From Planctomycetota bacterium (lineage in GTDB: Bacteria; Planctomycetota; B15-G4; SIAN01), in the NCBI GenBank assembly GCA_031409275.1, contig JANNXA010000033.1, forward strand, positions 128,001 through 192,000: a stretch of 64,000 bases of DNA, in the 5' to 3' direction. Both the position numbers and the translations under genes were made by a program. The notes under the pieces were generated by a model. It did no database searches. It worked only from the letters and a program-made list of their open reading frames with translations, and had not been told where the DNA came from. Shown here piece after piece: positions 27,262-37,518 of the stretch (within the stretch, counting starts at the first letter, position 1; every line of letters begins with the position of its first letter).

Positions 27262-29577
27262 TCATCGTCCTTCCGGCGCTGATGCGCGAGGGGCCTCGCC
27301 GCGCCGGCGCAGGAAGGCGTCGAGCGCGAGGAGGTCGACCACCAGCTTCTCCAGGCTCGGGCTCTTGCCGCGGTATCCGGTCACCAGAGCGTGAACGGCG
27401 CGCCGATCGTCGTCGAGGAGGCCGCGGCCAAGCGCGAAGGTCAGGAGCTGCTCGGCGAAGCAGCGCGTGAAGCTGTCGCCTTCCAACACCACCCGCTTCA
27501 GGTCGGACGCGCCATGCAGCACGGCGCCGTCGGGGAGCGTGCCGCCATCGTCGATGACGTGCGGACCGTCGCGATCGCGCCAGCCGCCCGTCGGACCGAA
27601 GTGCTCGAGCGTGAAGCCCAGCGCGTCCATCTTCACGTGGCAGCCGGCGCAGTCGGCCTTCGAGCGATGCTGCGCCAGCCGCTCGCGCAACGTCGCGGTC
27701 GCAGCGGCTTGCGCGGTGTCATCGAGCGCGCCCACGCCGGGCGGCGGCGGTGGCGGCGGCGTGCCGAGCAGCCGCTCCAGCACGAACTTGCCGCGCTTCA
27801 CCGGCGACGTGCGCGTCGGGTTGCTGGTCAGCGTCAACAGGCTCGCGTGGCCCAGCAATCCACCGCGACTGCGATCGGTCACGCGGACGCGCTGCATCGC
27901 GCTGCCGACGATGCCGGCGATGCCGTAGTGCAGGGCGAGCCGTTCATTGACGAAGGTGAAGTCGGCGTCGACCAGTTCGCGCAGCGGGCGCCCCTCGCGG
28001 AAGACCGCCTCGACGAAGAGTTCCGTCTCGAGGCGCATCGCGTCGCGCAACGCCTCGTCGAAGTCGGGGAACGCCTGCGGGTCGGGCGCGACGGCGGCGA
28101 GGCTTCGCAGCTGCAGCCACTGCGCCGCGAACTGGCTGATCAGGCTGTGGGCGCGCGGGTCGCGCAGCATGCGCCGCGCTTCGTCGGCCAGCACGTCGCG
28201 CTCGCGCAGGAGTCCCTGCTCGGCCAGCGTCGTCAGGCGTTCGTCGGGCAGGCTGCTCCACAGGAAGTAGGAGAGGCGCGAGGCGAGCTCGTGCGCGGAG
28301 AGCGGCCGCTGCGCGCTCGGATCGTCGGGCAGCGCGTCGATCTCGCTGCGGTAGAGGAAGTTCGGCGACACCAGGATCAGCGAGAGGCCGAGGCGCGTCG
28401 CCTCGACCAGCGTGTCGCCCGCCGCCAGCGCGGCGTCGACGGGAGCCAGCAGGCGCGCGAGCTCGAGCTCGCTGACCGGTCGCCGCCATGCGCGCGTCGC
28501 GATCCGCTTCAGCGTCGCGGGAAGGCAGGCGCGCGTATGGGCGTGGTCGGCTCCACATGCGTAGAAACGCCGTTCCGATGCGGTGGGTGGCATCGGATCG
28601 AGCGGCCCCTCGACCTCGATCCAGTCGACCAGCAGGTTGCGATCGCGTTGGCCAGGGTCCGTCGCGTCGGCCTGGTAGTAGTCGTTCACGAAGGCGAGGT
28701 CGAGGCGTTGGCGACCCGCTTCGATGCGGCCGCGCCACTCGTGCGTTTCCGCCGTCGGCCGCTCGCAAGCCACCTCGCCGCGCAGCAGTTCCGGGGTGCC
28801 GCCACGCTCGGACGCCACGGCCTTCATGGTGAGCACGAATCGGCACGGGTCGGGCCCCGCCTGGTCGCCAGACATGCGCGCCCGCACGAGGTACTCGCCG
28901 GCACGGGGCACTTCGAACTCGGCCAGGATGCTGCCTTGCGCGAAGAGGACGCCGAAGTCGTCGCCGTAGTTCTCGTGCAGCGTGGTCGGCAGCGCCTCGC
29001 CCTCGAAGCGGCGCATCGCCGACGCGCGCAGTTCGGCGCCGGGCAGCGCCGCCGCGGCGATCTCCTCGGCCAGCGCGGCGTACTTCTCGAGCAGTAGCGG
29101 CGACAGCGACAGCACGTCGCCGATGGTGTCGAAGCCGTAGCCGACCTCGTCGGGCGGCAGCTTCTCGGCGAGCGGCAGCGGCAGGTCGAGCAGATCGCGC
29201 ACGCTGAAGGCGTATTCGAATCGCGACAGCCGCCGCAACGTCACGCGCCCCGGGTCGAGCGGCCAGCTCCCCGGCCCCGTACCCAGGCGCACCGCGAGCC
29301 AGCGTTGCGCCCTCTCCACCAGCCTGGCGTCGGCCGCCGGGGCGTCGGGCGGCGGCATCTCGCCGCACTCGAGCTTGTCGCGCACGCGCCGCCACGTGCC
29401 CGACGACGCGCGCGCTTGCGCTTCGTCGGTGATGCCATCGAGCGCGAGCGACGCGGCCGGCTCCGCGCCCGCATGGCAGTCGAGGCAGCTGTCGCGCAGC
29501 AACGGCAGCACGTCGCGCGCGAAGTCGGGCTCCTGCGCGAGCGCCGTGGCGAGCAGAGAAGGGAGCAACGATCGCAT
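27262..29577 (-). CDS. DUF1592/DUF1588/DUF1585/DUF1587/DUF1595 protein with planctomycete cytochrome c domain
   Basis: CLDCH..EMPP; LRRLSRFEY; SPNFLYR; ELASRLSYFLWSSLPD; RTSPVKRG; CAGCH. Confidence 0.92.
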   Translation of the reverse strand: MRSLLPSLLATALAQEPDFARDVLPLLRDSCLDCHAGAEPAASLALDGITDEAQARASSGTWRRVRDKLECGEMPPPDAPAADARLVERAQRWLAVRLGTGPGSWPLDPGRVTLRRLSRFEYAFSVRDLLDLPLPLAEKLPPDEVGYGFDTIGDVLSLSPLLLEKYAALAEEIAAAALPGAELRASAMRRFEGEALPTTLHENYGDDFGVLFAQGSILAEFEVPRAGEYLVRARMSGDQAGPDPCRFVLTMKAVASERGGTPELLRGEVACERPTAETHEWRGRIEAGRQRLDLAFVNDYYQADATDPGQRDRNLLVDWIEVEGPLDPMPPTASERRFYACGADHAHTRACLPATLKRIATRAWRRPVSELELARLLAPVDAALAAGDTLVEATRLGLSLILVSPNFLYRSEIDALPDDPSAQRPLSAHELASRLSYFLWSSLPDERLTTLAEQGLLRERDVLADEARRMLRDPRAHSLISQFAAQWLQLRSLAAVAPDPQAFPDFDEALRDAMRLETELFVEAVFREGRPLRELVDADFTFVNERLALHYGIAGIVGSAMQRVRVTDRSRGGLLGHASLLTLTSNPTRTSPVKRGKFVLERLLGTPPPPPPPGVGALDDTAQAAATATLRERLAQHRSKADCAGCHVKMDALGFTLEHFGPTGGWRDRDGPHVIDDGGTLPDGAVLHGASDLKRVVLEGDSFTRCFAEQLLTFALGRGLLDDDRRAVHALVTGYRGKSPSLEKLVVDLLALDAFLRRRGEAPRASAPEGR

Positions 29578-29673
29578 CACGTGCCGTCCTGCGCGCGCCG
29601 CCGCGAGCCCGTTTGATTCATGATCCCCGTCGACGCGCAAGGTTCCGCCGGCGGCGGATCGTAGCCGCCGCTC

Positions 29674-30950
<1,277 letters not shown>

Positions 30951-30954
<4 letters not shown>

Positions 30955-31328
30955 GGCTTCGCGCGGCGCCGCCGACCGCCCATCTCCTCGATCGCGCGCA
31001 CGTCGATGCGCTGGCCGTGGGCGAGGTGCGGGTGGCCGGCGAGCAGTTCGAGGCAGTGGTCGTAGCCGTCGGCCTCGACGACGTAGAAGCCGCCGATCAC
31101 TTCATGCGACTCGGCGAACGGCCCGTCGGTGACCTTCACCTTGCCGCGCACCTTCTGCATGCGCTTGCCGCCTTCGTCCACGAGCTTGTGGCCCGCCTTG
31201 ATGCGCTTGGTGGCATGCATCTGCATGCTCCACGCGACGTACTGCTTGATCACTTCCTGCATCTGCGCCGGCGTCATCTTCGCCCAGTAGGACGGGTCGT
31301 CGGTCAGCAGCACCATGAACTTTGCCAA
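30951..31328 (-). CDS. YciI/DGPF family protein
   Basis: VTDGPFAESHEVIGGFYVVEA; stop overlaps the sigma factor start. Confidence 0.9.
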
Positions 31329-31380
31329 GGTCGCTCTCCCAGGGATGGTGGGGCGCTGCGGTCGCGCCGTTGCCCCTCCT

Positions 31381-31407
31381 GACGATCGAAGCGTGCGAGG
31401 ATCGACA
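31381..31407 (-). promoter_or_regulatory. Putative ECF42-type promoter TGTCGA-N17-CGTC
   Basis: Minus strand TGTCGA TCCTCGCACGCTTCGAT CGTC, about 50 nt upstream of the DGPF gene; matches the ECF42 consensus as I recall it. Confidence 0.7.
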
Positions 31408-31475
31408 CGATTCTCGATTTCGATGCCGGCCCGATCGAGCGGCAGTGGCGCGTGGTGTGGGTTCGCGCGGCGCCG

Positions 31476-32378
31476 TCAGTCCCAATCGAGCAGACTGATG
31501 CCGAAAGCGATCGACTGCTGGCGGTGGTCGTAGTCGATCAACGTCTCGCCGAAGCCGCTGAAGAGCCGGCAGAACACGGCGACCCGATCGTTGAAGATCG
31601 GGTAGGCGATCGAGAGCTGCACTGCGCCGTGGTTCTCGGAGGAGTCGAGGTTGTTGCGCAGCAGGAACGAGGCGAGGAGCCGCTCCTTGAAGCCCCATCG
31701 GAATGTGTGGGCGAGCTCGAGGTCGCCCGACCCCATGAACTGCTCGAGATCGGAGTTGTCGTCATTGACGGAGCTTTCGGGGATGCGCCACCAGGGTCGC
31801 AACATCAGCGTCGTGTCTTCGCCGAGGGTGGCGCCGAGCTGGCCGATCACGCGATTCCAGCTGCGCGACTCCGGCCCGCTGCGCCCGTTCGATTGGTGGT
31901 TCACGCCCACCCCGACCAGCTCGAGCTTCAGCGCCCCCCAATCGCACCATTGGCCCACGGGCTGGATGAGGAAGGACTCGGGCTCGTAGTTCGTCTCGCG
32001 GAACGGCGCAGACGGCTGGAAGATCTGCCAGTGCGACTGCTGCGTGAACGCGAACCAGAGGTCGGGGTGGTCGTTCGAGTCGCTCTCGATCACCTTCATC
32101 TTCAGGCTGAACTGGAACTCGAGTTCGCCGTGCTTCACGTTCGAGTCGGTGCTGGTGTTCGATGCCTGGTTGGCGTCGTTGGCGCCATGCACTGCCACGT
32201 AGGTGTCGTGGTGCGGCATCAGCTGGAACCGCTCGTTCTTGTCGTTCTTGTCGAGGTCGAAATGGCGCGTCAGCTCGGAGGGATCTGGCGCACGCGGCAG
32301 CGCCGGATCGGGCGTCGGCGTCGCCTGGCAACCTGCAATGAAGAGCGCCGTGGCGGTTCCCGCGATGCGTTTCGACAT
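31476..32378 (-). CDS. pldA: Outer-membrane phospholipase A (OMPLA)
   Basis: FQFSLK, FTQQSHWQ, SAPFRETNYEPE, catalytic NHQSNG, SRSWNR, GFGETLIDY; N-terminal lipobox-like IAGC. Confidence 0.92.
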   Translation of the reverse strand: MSKRIAGTATALFIAGCQATPTPDPALPRAPDPSELTRHFDLDKNDKNERFQLMPHHDTYVAVHGANDANQASNTSTDSNVKHGELEFQFSLKMKVIESDSNDHPDLWFAFTQQSHWQIFQPSAPFRETNYEPESFLIQPVGQWCDWGALKLELVGVGVNHQSNGRSGPESRSWNRVIGQLGATLGEDTTLMLRPWWRIPESSVNDDNSDLEQFMGSGDLELAHTFRWGFKERLLASFLLRNNLDSSENHGAVQLSIAYPIFNDRVAVFCRLFSGFGETLIDYDHRQQSIAFGISLLDWD

Positions 32379-32418
32379 GCCGATCCCCTTCTTATTACTG
32401 GCGTGTGAATCAACCGGG

Positions 32419-34386
32419 TCAGGTGCCGGCGTGCGCTGCGATCGCTTCGAGGAACGCCGGGCCGAGGTCGGCGGCTTTCTTGTCGCCGACGCCTTTGCAG
32501 GCGCGGAACTCCTCGGGAGTCGAAGGCTTGCGCGCGGCGAGCTCGGCCAGCGTGCGGTCGTTGAAGATCACGTAGGGCGGGACGCCGCGCGTGTGAGCCA
32601 GCTCTCGGCGCAGCTTGCGCAGCGTCTCGAAGAGGGCGTCGTCGACGGCGAGCGCCTCGTCATCGGCGGCCATCCGCGCCAAGGTCGGCCGTCCGCGCGA
32701 AGTCTTGGCCAGCTTGGGCAGGGCGAAGAGCTTCACTTCGCGCTGGCCGCGCAGGACCTCGCGGCCGCTGGGTGCGACGGCCAGCGTCGGGTAGTCGCCA
32801 TCGGCGACCGCGAGGAGGCCTTGCGCCACCAGCTGATCGACGCAGTGGCGGATCTCGCGGCTCGATTGCGAGGAGAGCAGGCCGAAGGTGGTGAGCTGAT
32901 CGTGGCCGTGCTGGCGCACCCGCTCCGAATCGGCGCCGCGCAGCACGTCGGCGATGTGGCCCGCGCCGAAGCGCTGCTCGCAGCGCACCACGCAGGAGAG
33001 GATCTTCTGGGCGACGACGGTCGCCTCGGGCAGCGACGCGAGCTCGCCGAGGCAGACATCGCAGGCGCCGCAGCCGCCGGTGGTTTCGCTGGCACCGTCG
33101 ACGGCGTCGCCGGTCGCACGGTCCGCCCACGTCTCGCCGAAATGCTCGACGAGGTAGCGGTGGCGGCAGCTGGCGCCGCCCGCAAACGCGAGCATCTGGC
33201 CGATGCGCTTCACCGCCGCGTCGACATCCTCCGGAGACCCTTCGCCCTCGCGAGCGCTGCGTTCGAGCAGGTTCTTCCACGAGTGCCAGTCGGACGCGGC
33301 GTAGAGCAGGACGCACTCCGCCGGCAGGCCGTCGCGGCCGGCGCGACCGCTCTCCTGCATGTACTGCTCGATCCCCTTCGGCAGGTTGGCGTGGACGACG
33401 TAGCGGACGTCGGCGCGGTCGATCCCCATGCCGAACGCCACCGTCGCGACCACGACGTCGACCTCTTCGTTGAGGAACTGCTCCTGGTTTCGGTGGCGCG
33501 TCTCGGGCTCGAGGCCGGCGTGGTAGGGGAGCGCCTTCACTCCCGCCCGCTGCAACGCCAGGGCGTGTTCCTCGACATCGCGACGGCGCAGCGCATAGAC
33601 GATGCCGGCCTGGTCGGGGTGACGCTTGATGACCGAGAGCACCTGCGCGAGCAGCTCGCCGCGCGGCTGGAAGCGGTAGGTGAGGTTGGGTCGATCGCAG
33701 CTGCCGACCAGCAACGCCGGGTCGCGCAGCCCGAGCTGCCGCACGATGTCGTCGCGCACGCCGGGCGTCGCCGTGGCGGTGAAGGCCTGGATCGGAATCT
33801 CGGGATGGTCGCGACGCAGCTGACCGAGCTGGCGGTACTCCGGCCGGAAGTCGTGCCCCCAGTGGCTGATGCAATGCGCTTCGTCGACCACCAGCGCGGC
33901 GAGCCCGGAGCCGAGCAGTTCGGCGAGGAAGCCGTCGAGCACCAGCCGTTCGGGCGCCACGTAGAGGAGCTTCAGCTGGCCGTCGCGCAGTTGCTGGCGC
34001 ACCTTGCGCCGCTCGTCAGGCGTCTGCGCGGAGGTCAGCATCCCGGCGGCGACACCACTCTCGCGCAGCCCGTCGATCTGGTCCTTCATCAATGAGATGA
34101 GCGGACTGACCACGGCGGTGACGCCGTTGCGAAGCAGCGCTGGCGCCTGGTAGCAGAGGCTCTTGCCGCCGCCGGTCGCCAGCACGACCACCGCATCGCG
34201 CCCCTGCAACGACGCGACCATCGCTTCGGCCTGCAGCGGCCGCAGCGTGGGGTAGCCCCACACGCGCTGGACGGTGGCCGCCAACTGTTCGCGCGCCGCT
34301 TCCGCCGCGGCGGGATCGGCCGCCGCCGGACTTGTTCGCGCCGCCCCTGCCGCTCCCGCCACTGTCGCGATCCCCGCTGCCCCCAC
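32419..34386 (-). CDS. recQ: ATP-dependent DNA helicase RecQ
   Basis: TGGGKSLCYQ, DEAHCISHWGHDFRPEY, QESGRAGRDG, Zn-binding CGACDVC, RQC and HRDC domains. Start uncertain. Confidence 0.95.
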   Translation of the reverse strand: MGAAGIATVAGAAGAARTSPAAADPAAAEAAREQLAATVQRVWGYPTLRPLQAEAMVASLQGRDAVVVLATGGGKSLCYQAPALLRNGVTAVVSPLISLMKDQIDGLRESGVAAGMLTSAQTPDERRKVRQQLRDGQLKLLYVAPERLVLDGFLAELLGSGLAALVVDEAHCISHWGHDFRPEYRQLGQLRRDHPEIPIQAFTATATPGVRDDIVRQLGLRDPALLVGSCDRPNLTYRFQPRGELLAQVLSVIKRHPDQAGIVYALRRRDVEEHALALQRAGVKALPYHAGLEPETRHRNQEQFLNEEVDVVVATVAFGMGIDRADVRYVVHANLPKGIEQYMQESGRAGRDGLPAECVLLYAASDWHSWKNLLERSAREGEGSPEDVDAAVKRIGQMLAFAGGASCRHRYLVEHFGETWADRATGDAVDGASETTGGCGACDVCLGELASLPEATVVAQKILSCVVRCEQRFGAGHIADVLRGADSERVRQHGHDQLTTFGLLSSQSSREIRHCVDQLVAQGLLAVADGDYPTLAVAPSGREVLRGQREVKLFALPKLAKTSRGRPTLARMAADDEALAVDDALFETLRKLRRELAHTRGVPPYVIFNDRTLAELAARKPSTPEEFRACKGVGDKKAADLGPAFLEAIAAHAGT

Positions 34387-34443
34387 GTCGAGCGCGAGAC
34401 GTTAGCCGCGTCGCGCGGTGACTCGCAGGGGCGAAGCGGCGCC

Positions 34444-36042
34444 TCACCTTCGCGGTAGGGGTGGCGCCATCCTCACGACCACCGATCCGTCGGCGTCGAC
34501 GGTGGTGGCCTGCACGATCCCCTCGATGCGCAGCGCGGCGTCGTCGTAGCTCGGCTCGCCGGGGCGGGAGGGGCGCGTCAATGCGGCGACCACGGCGTCG
34601 GTCGGCGTCGGCGTGCGCACCAGCAGCTCATGGCGCTCGTCGTCGGCGATCACCGCGACGTCGCCGCTCTTCGTCTGCAGGGAAACGGCGCCGAAGTCGA
34701 AGTGGGTCGGCGACATCGAGAAGAGCCGCTGCCCGGGCGCGACCCGCAACACGCCGAAGGGGGTGTAGCTCGAAGGCGACATCGCCGCCGTCGTCAACGC
34801 CGAGACGTCGATGCGCAGCAGCGTGCCGCTCCCCTCCAGCACGGAGGCGATCCGCCGCGCGCGCTCCTGTTCGGCGCGCGCTGCCTGGATCTCCTTCGCG
34901 GCGACCAGGGCCTCCCAGTTCGAGTCCGCTTCGAGCGCTTCGCTGCGTTCGGCGAGCTCCTCGGCCGAAGGCTGGCCCAGTGCGTCGGCGAGCAGCGCGG
35001 TCAGCGTCTCGCCCTGCGCCACTCGCCGTTTCCATTCGGGCAGCAGCGTGTCGAGCAGGCGGCCGATGGCGGCGCCGAAGAGGTAGCCGCGCCGCCGCAC
35101 CACCGCCGTGCCGAACTCGCTGCCGTTCACGCTCATCGTGTGGCGGGCGAGGCTCTTCAGCTGGAGCGACTGCTGCTCGACGGCGGCCGGCAGCTCGCTG
35201 CTGGCCTTGAAAGCGGGGCAGGCGGCGGCCAGCTCCTTCGAGATTCCGTGGTCGCGCCACAGCTCGAGCGAGCGCCATTCGACGTAGTTGGCCAACCCCT
35301 CGTTGGTCTCGTTGCTGTCCTCGGCGCGCACGACGGCGGCGGACAGTCCCGCGCGCCGCCGCGTGCGCTCCGCCAGGAACAGCAGCGCCTGCTCTTCGCG
35401 CTCGTCGGGCGCTTGCGCGGCCAGCGCGGCCAGCAGCGCATCGCCTTCGAGCTGCAGCCGTGCCGACCGCTCCGGTTCGAGGTCGGGGTAGTCGGCCATG
35501 TCGAGCTCGCTGTAGGCGGGGATCTTCAGTCCTCGATCGGCCCAGGCGTGGAACCCCTCGTGCACCTGCACCGAGAGGTTGTAGGAGTCGTCGATGGAAA
35601 CGCGCGCGCCGCGGTCGGTGACGACGAGCGTGCGCACGTTGTTGATCAGCGTCGTGGTGTCCATCCCGACGGTGTAGACCGTTTCGCCCCGCCGCACGAA
35701 GAGCGGCTCGTCACCGAGCGGGTTGGTGCCGTTGAACCGCACGAACGACGGCGGCGGTTGCGGGAAGCGCAGCAGCACTTCCGCCTTGCCGGGGTTCATC
35801 AGCAACGCCGGGATCGCGCTGAGCCGATAGCCCGGCCACAGTTCCGCCTCGTGCGCGTCGACCAACCGGCACGCCTCGCGCCACTGCAACAGCGTGATGG
35901 GATCGATGCCGAGCTCTTCCGTCGGGCACGACGCGGCCCGACTGGCGCCCGAAGTGGCGAGGACGAGGAGCGCTCCTCGCCACGCGAGTCGCCGGACGAA
36001 TCGTGGCGATCGCGGAAGGAGGTTCGGGCGCGAATCGGTCAC
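34444..36042 (-). CDS. Secreted putative zinc metallopeptidase (gluzincin-like)
   Basis: GAAGGAG RBS; signal-like N-terminus; VHEGFH (HExxH) followed by NEGLANYVE. Confidence 0.6.
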   Translation of the reverse strand: MTDSRPNLLPRSPRFVRRLAWRGALLVLATSGASRAASCPTEELGIDPITLLQWREACRLVDAHEAELWPGYRLSAIPALLMNPGKAEVLLRFPQPPPSFVRFNGTNPLGDEPLFVRRGETVYTVGMDTTTLINNVRTLVVTDRGARVSIDDSYNLSVQVHEGFHAWADRGLKIPAYSELDMADYPDLEPERSARLQLEGDALLAALAAQAPDEREEQALLFLAERTRRRAGLSAAVVRAEDSNETNEGLANYVEWRSLELWRDHGISKELAAACPAFKASSELPAAVEQQSLQLKSLARHTMSVNGSEFGTAVVRRRGYLFGAAIGRLLDTLLPEWKRRVAQGETLTALLADALGQPSAEELAERSEALEADSNWEALVAAKEIQAARAEQERARRIASVLEGSGTLLRIDVSALTTAAMSPSSYTPFGVLRVAPGQRLFSMSPTHFDFGAVSLQTKSGDVAVIADDERHELLVRTPTPTDAVVAALTRPSRPGEPSYDDAALRIEGIVQATTVDADGSVVVRMAPPLPRR

Positions 36043-36168
36043 AGGGGGTCTCCTTCAGGGCAAGGCAGCCGATACGGAGCAGTGGGCGCGGGTGATGGAA
36101 AAAGAGTGCGCACGGTCCGCGCCTCGCCGGCGTTGCGACTTCGACCCCCACGACCGATGATCGCCGCG

Positions 36169-36774
36169 ATGTCGCCTCGCCGCAAAGCGGACGCCCTGTC
36201 GGAGCGCGGGCTCGAGCTGCTGCGGGCGCAGCTCGGCCGCGACGCGAAGGATGCGGCGGCCGAGCTCGAACGGCTGCGGCTGACGCTCACCCGCTTCTTC
36301 GAGTGGCGCGGCGCCGCGTGGCCCGACGAGCAGGTCGACGAGGTGCTCGATCGCGTCGTGCGCAAGCTGGCCGAGGGCACGGCGCTGCTCGATCTCTTCG
36401 CCTTCGCGCTCGGCATCGCGCGGCTGGTGCTGCTCGAGTCCGCGCGGCGGCGGCCGCCACCGCTGGGGCTCGCGGCGGCAGAGCAGGTGGAGGCGCCTCG
36501 CGAGCCGGCCGGCGACGACGACCCGGCGGGGTCGCTCCGGCGCGCACTCGAGGCGTGTCTCGGCGAGCTGCCGCACCCCGCGCGGGAGCTGCTGCTGAGC
36601 TACTACACGGCGCGCGGTCGCGAGAAGATCGAGCGGCGCCAGCGGCTCGCCGCGCAGCTCCAGCTGAGCGAGTCGGCATTGCGCAACCGGGTGCAGCGGC
36701 TGCGTGACCGGCTCGAAGCTTGTGTGCGCGAACGAGAGCGACAGGTTTCGGGTCGCGAGGACACTCTTCGGTGA
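36169..36774 (+). CDS. ECF-type RNA polymerase sigma factor
   Basis: Region 2-like LTRFFEWRG..DEVLDRV..GIARLVLLE; region 4-like LEACLGELP..RELLLSYY..LAAQLQLSESALRNRVQRLRDRL. Confidence 0.82.
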   Translation: MSPRRKADALSERGLELLRAQLGRDAKDAAAELERLRLTLTRFFEWRGAAWPDEQVDEVLDRVVRKLAEGTALLDLFAFALGIARLVLLESARRRPPPLGLAAAEQVEAPREPAGDDDPAGSLRRALEACLGELPHPARELLLSYYTARGREKIERRQRLAAQLQLSESALRNRVQRLRDRLEACVRERERQVSGREDTLR

Positions 36775-36778
36775 AGTG

Positions 36779-37507
36779 ATGACGAGCCCCCACCCTACTC
36801 CCGACCTGCGGCACGCCTACCTCCTCGGAGAACTCTCCGAGGCGGACGGCGCCGCGCTCGAATCGGCCTACTTCGCGAGCGGCGAGTCGCTCGCGGCGAT
36901 GGAGGCCGCGGAGGAGGAGCTGATCGAGGCTGCGCTCGAGCGGCGCCTCGACCCGGTGGAGCAGGCGAAAGTCGAGAGCCGCCTCCTCGCCAGCGCACCG
37001 CTGCGTCGGCGCTTCGAGCTCGCGCGGCGATTGCAGGCGCGTGCCGGCGAGCCGTCGGTGCGGCGACGGCCGTGGCCGCCGATGGTCCGGGTGGCGCTGC
37101 TGGCGGCCACGGTCACGCTCGCCGCGCTGCTCTTCTGGCGCGAGGAGTCGTCGCCGCGATCGTCGCAGTCGCTGCTGCTGCCCGCGGTCCACACGCGCGG
37201 CGGCGGGTCGCTGCCCACGTTGGCGCTCGCGAGTGACACCGCGCAGGTGGAGCTGCGGTTGGCGAGCATCGACGCGCTGCCGCCGCCGCCGTGGCGTGCG
37301 TCGGTGGTCGCGGTCGGGGGCGGTGAGGCGTGGGTCGGCAGCGCCGTCGCCACGCCGACCGAGTCGACGGACGGCGTTCGAGCCGTCGTCGAGATCCCGG
37401 CGGCGCAGCTTCCCGCCGCCGACTATTTCGTGGGGCTGGTCAGCGCCGCGGCGCCACCCGACGAGGTGCCGCTTGCGCGCTGGTCGTTCCGCATCGTGCG
37501 CCGCTGA
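36779..37507 (+). CDS. Putative single-pass anti-sigma factor
   Basis: Immediately after the sigma gene; N-terminal YLLGELSE..LE..YF helical domain, one TM (VALLAATVTLAALLFW), extracytoplasmic beta-rich domain. Confidence 0.7.
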   Translation: MTSPHPTPDLRHAYLLGELSEADGAALESAYFASGESLAAMEAAEEELIEAALERRLDPVEQAKVESRLLASAPLRRRFELARRLQARAGEPSVRRRPWPPMVRVALLAATVTLAALLFWREESSPRSSQSLLLPAVHTRGGGSLPTLALASDTAQVELRLASIDALPPPPWRASVVAVGGGEAWVGSAVATPTESTDGVRAVVEIPAAQLPAADYFVGLVSAAAPPDEVPLARWSFRIVRR

Positions 37508-37518
37508 GCCGCGTCGCG

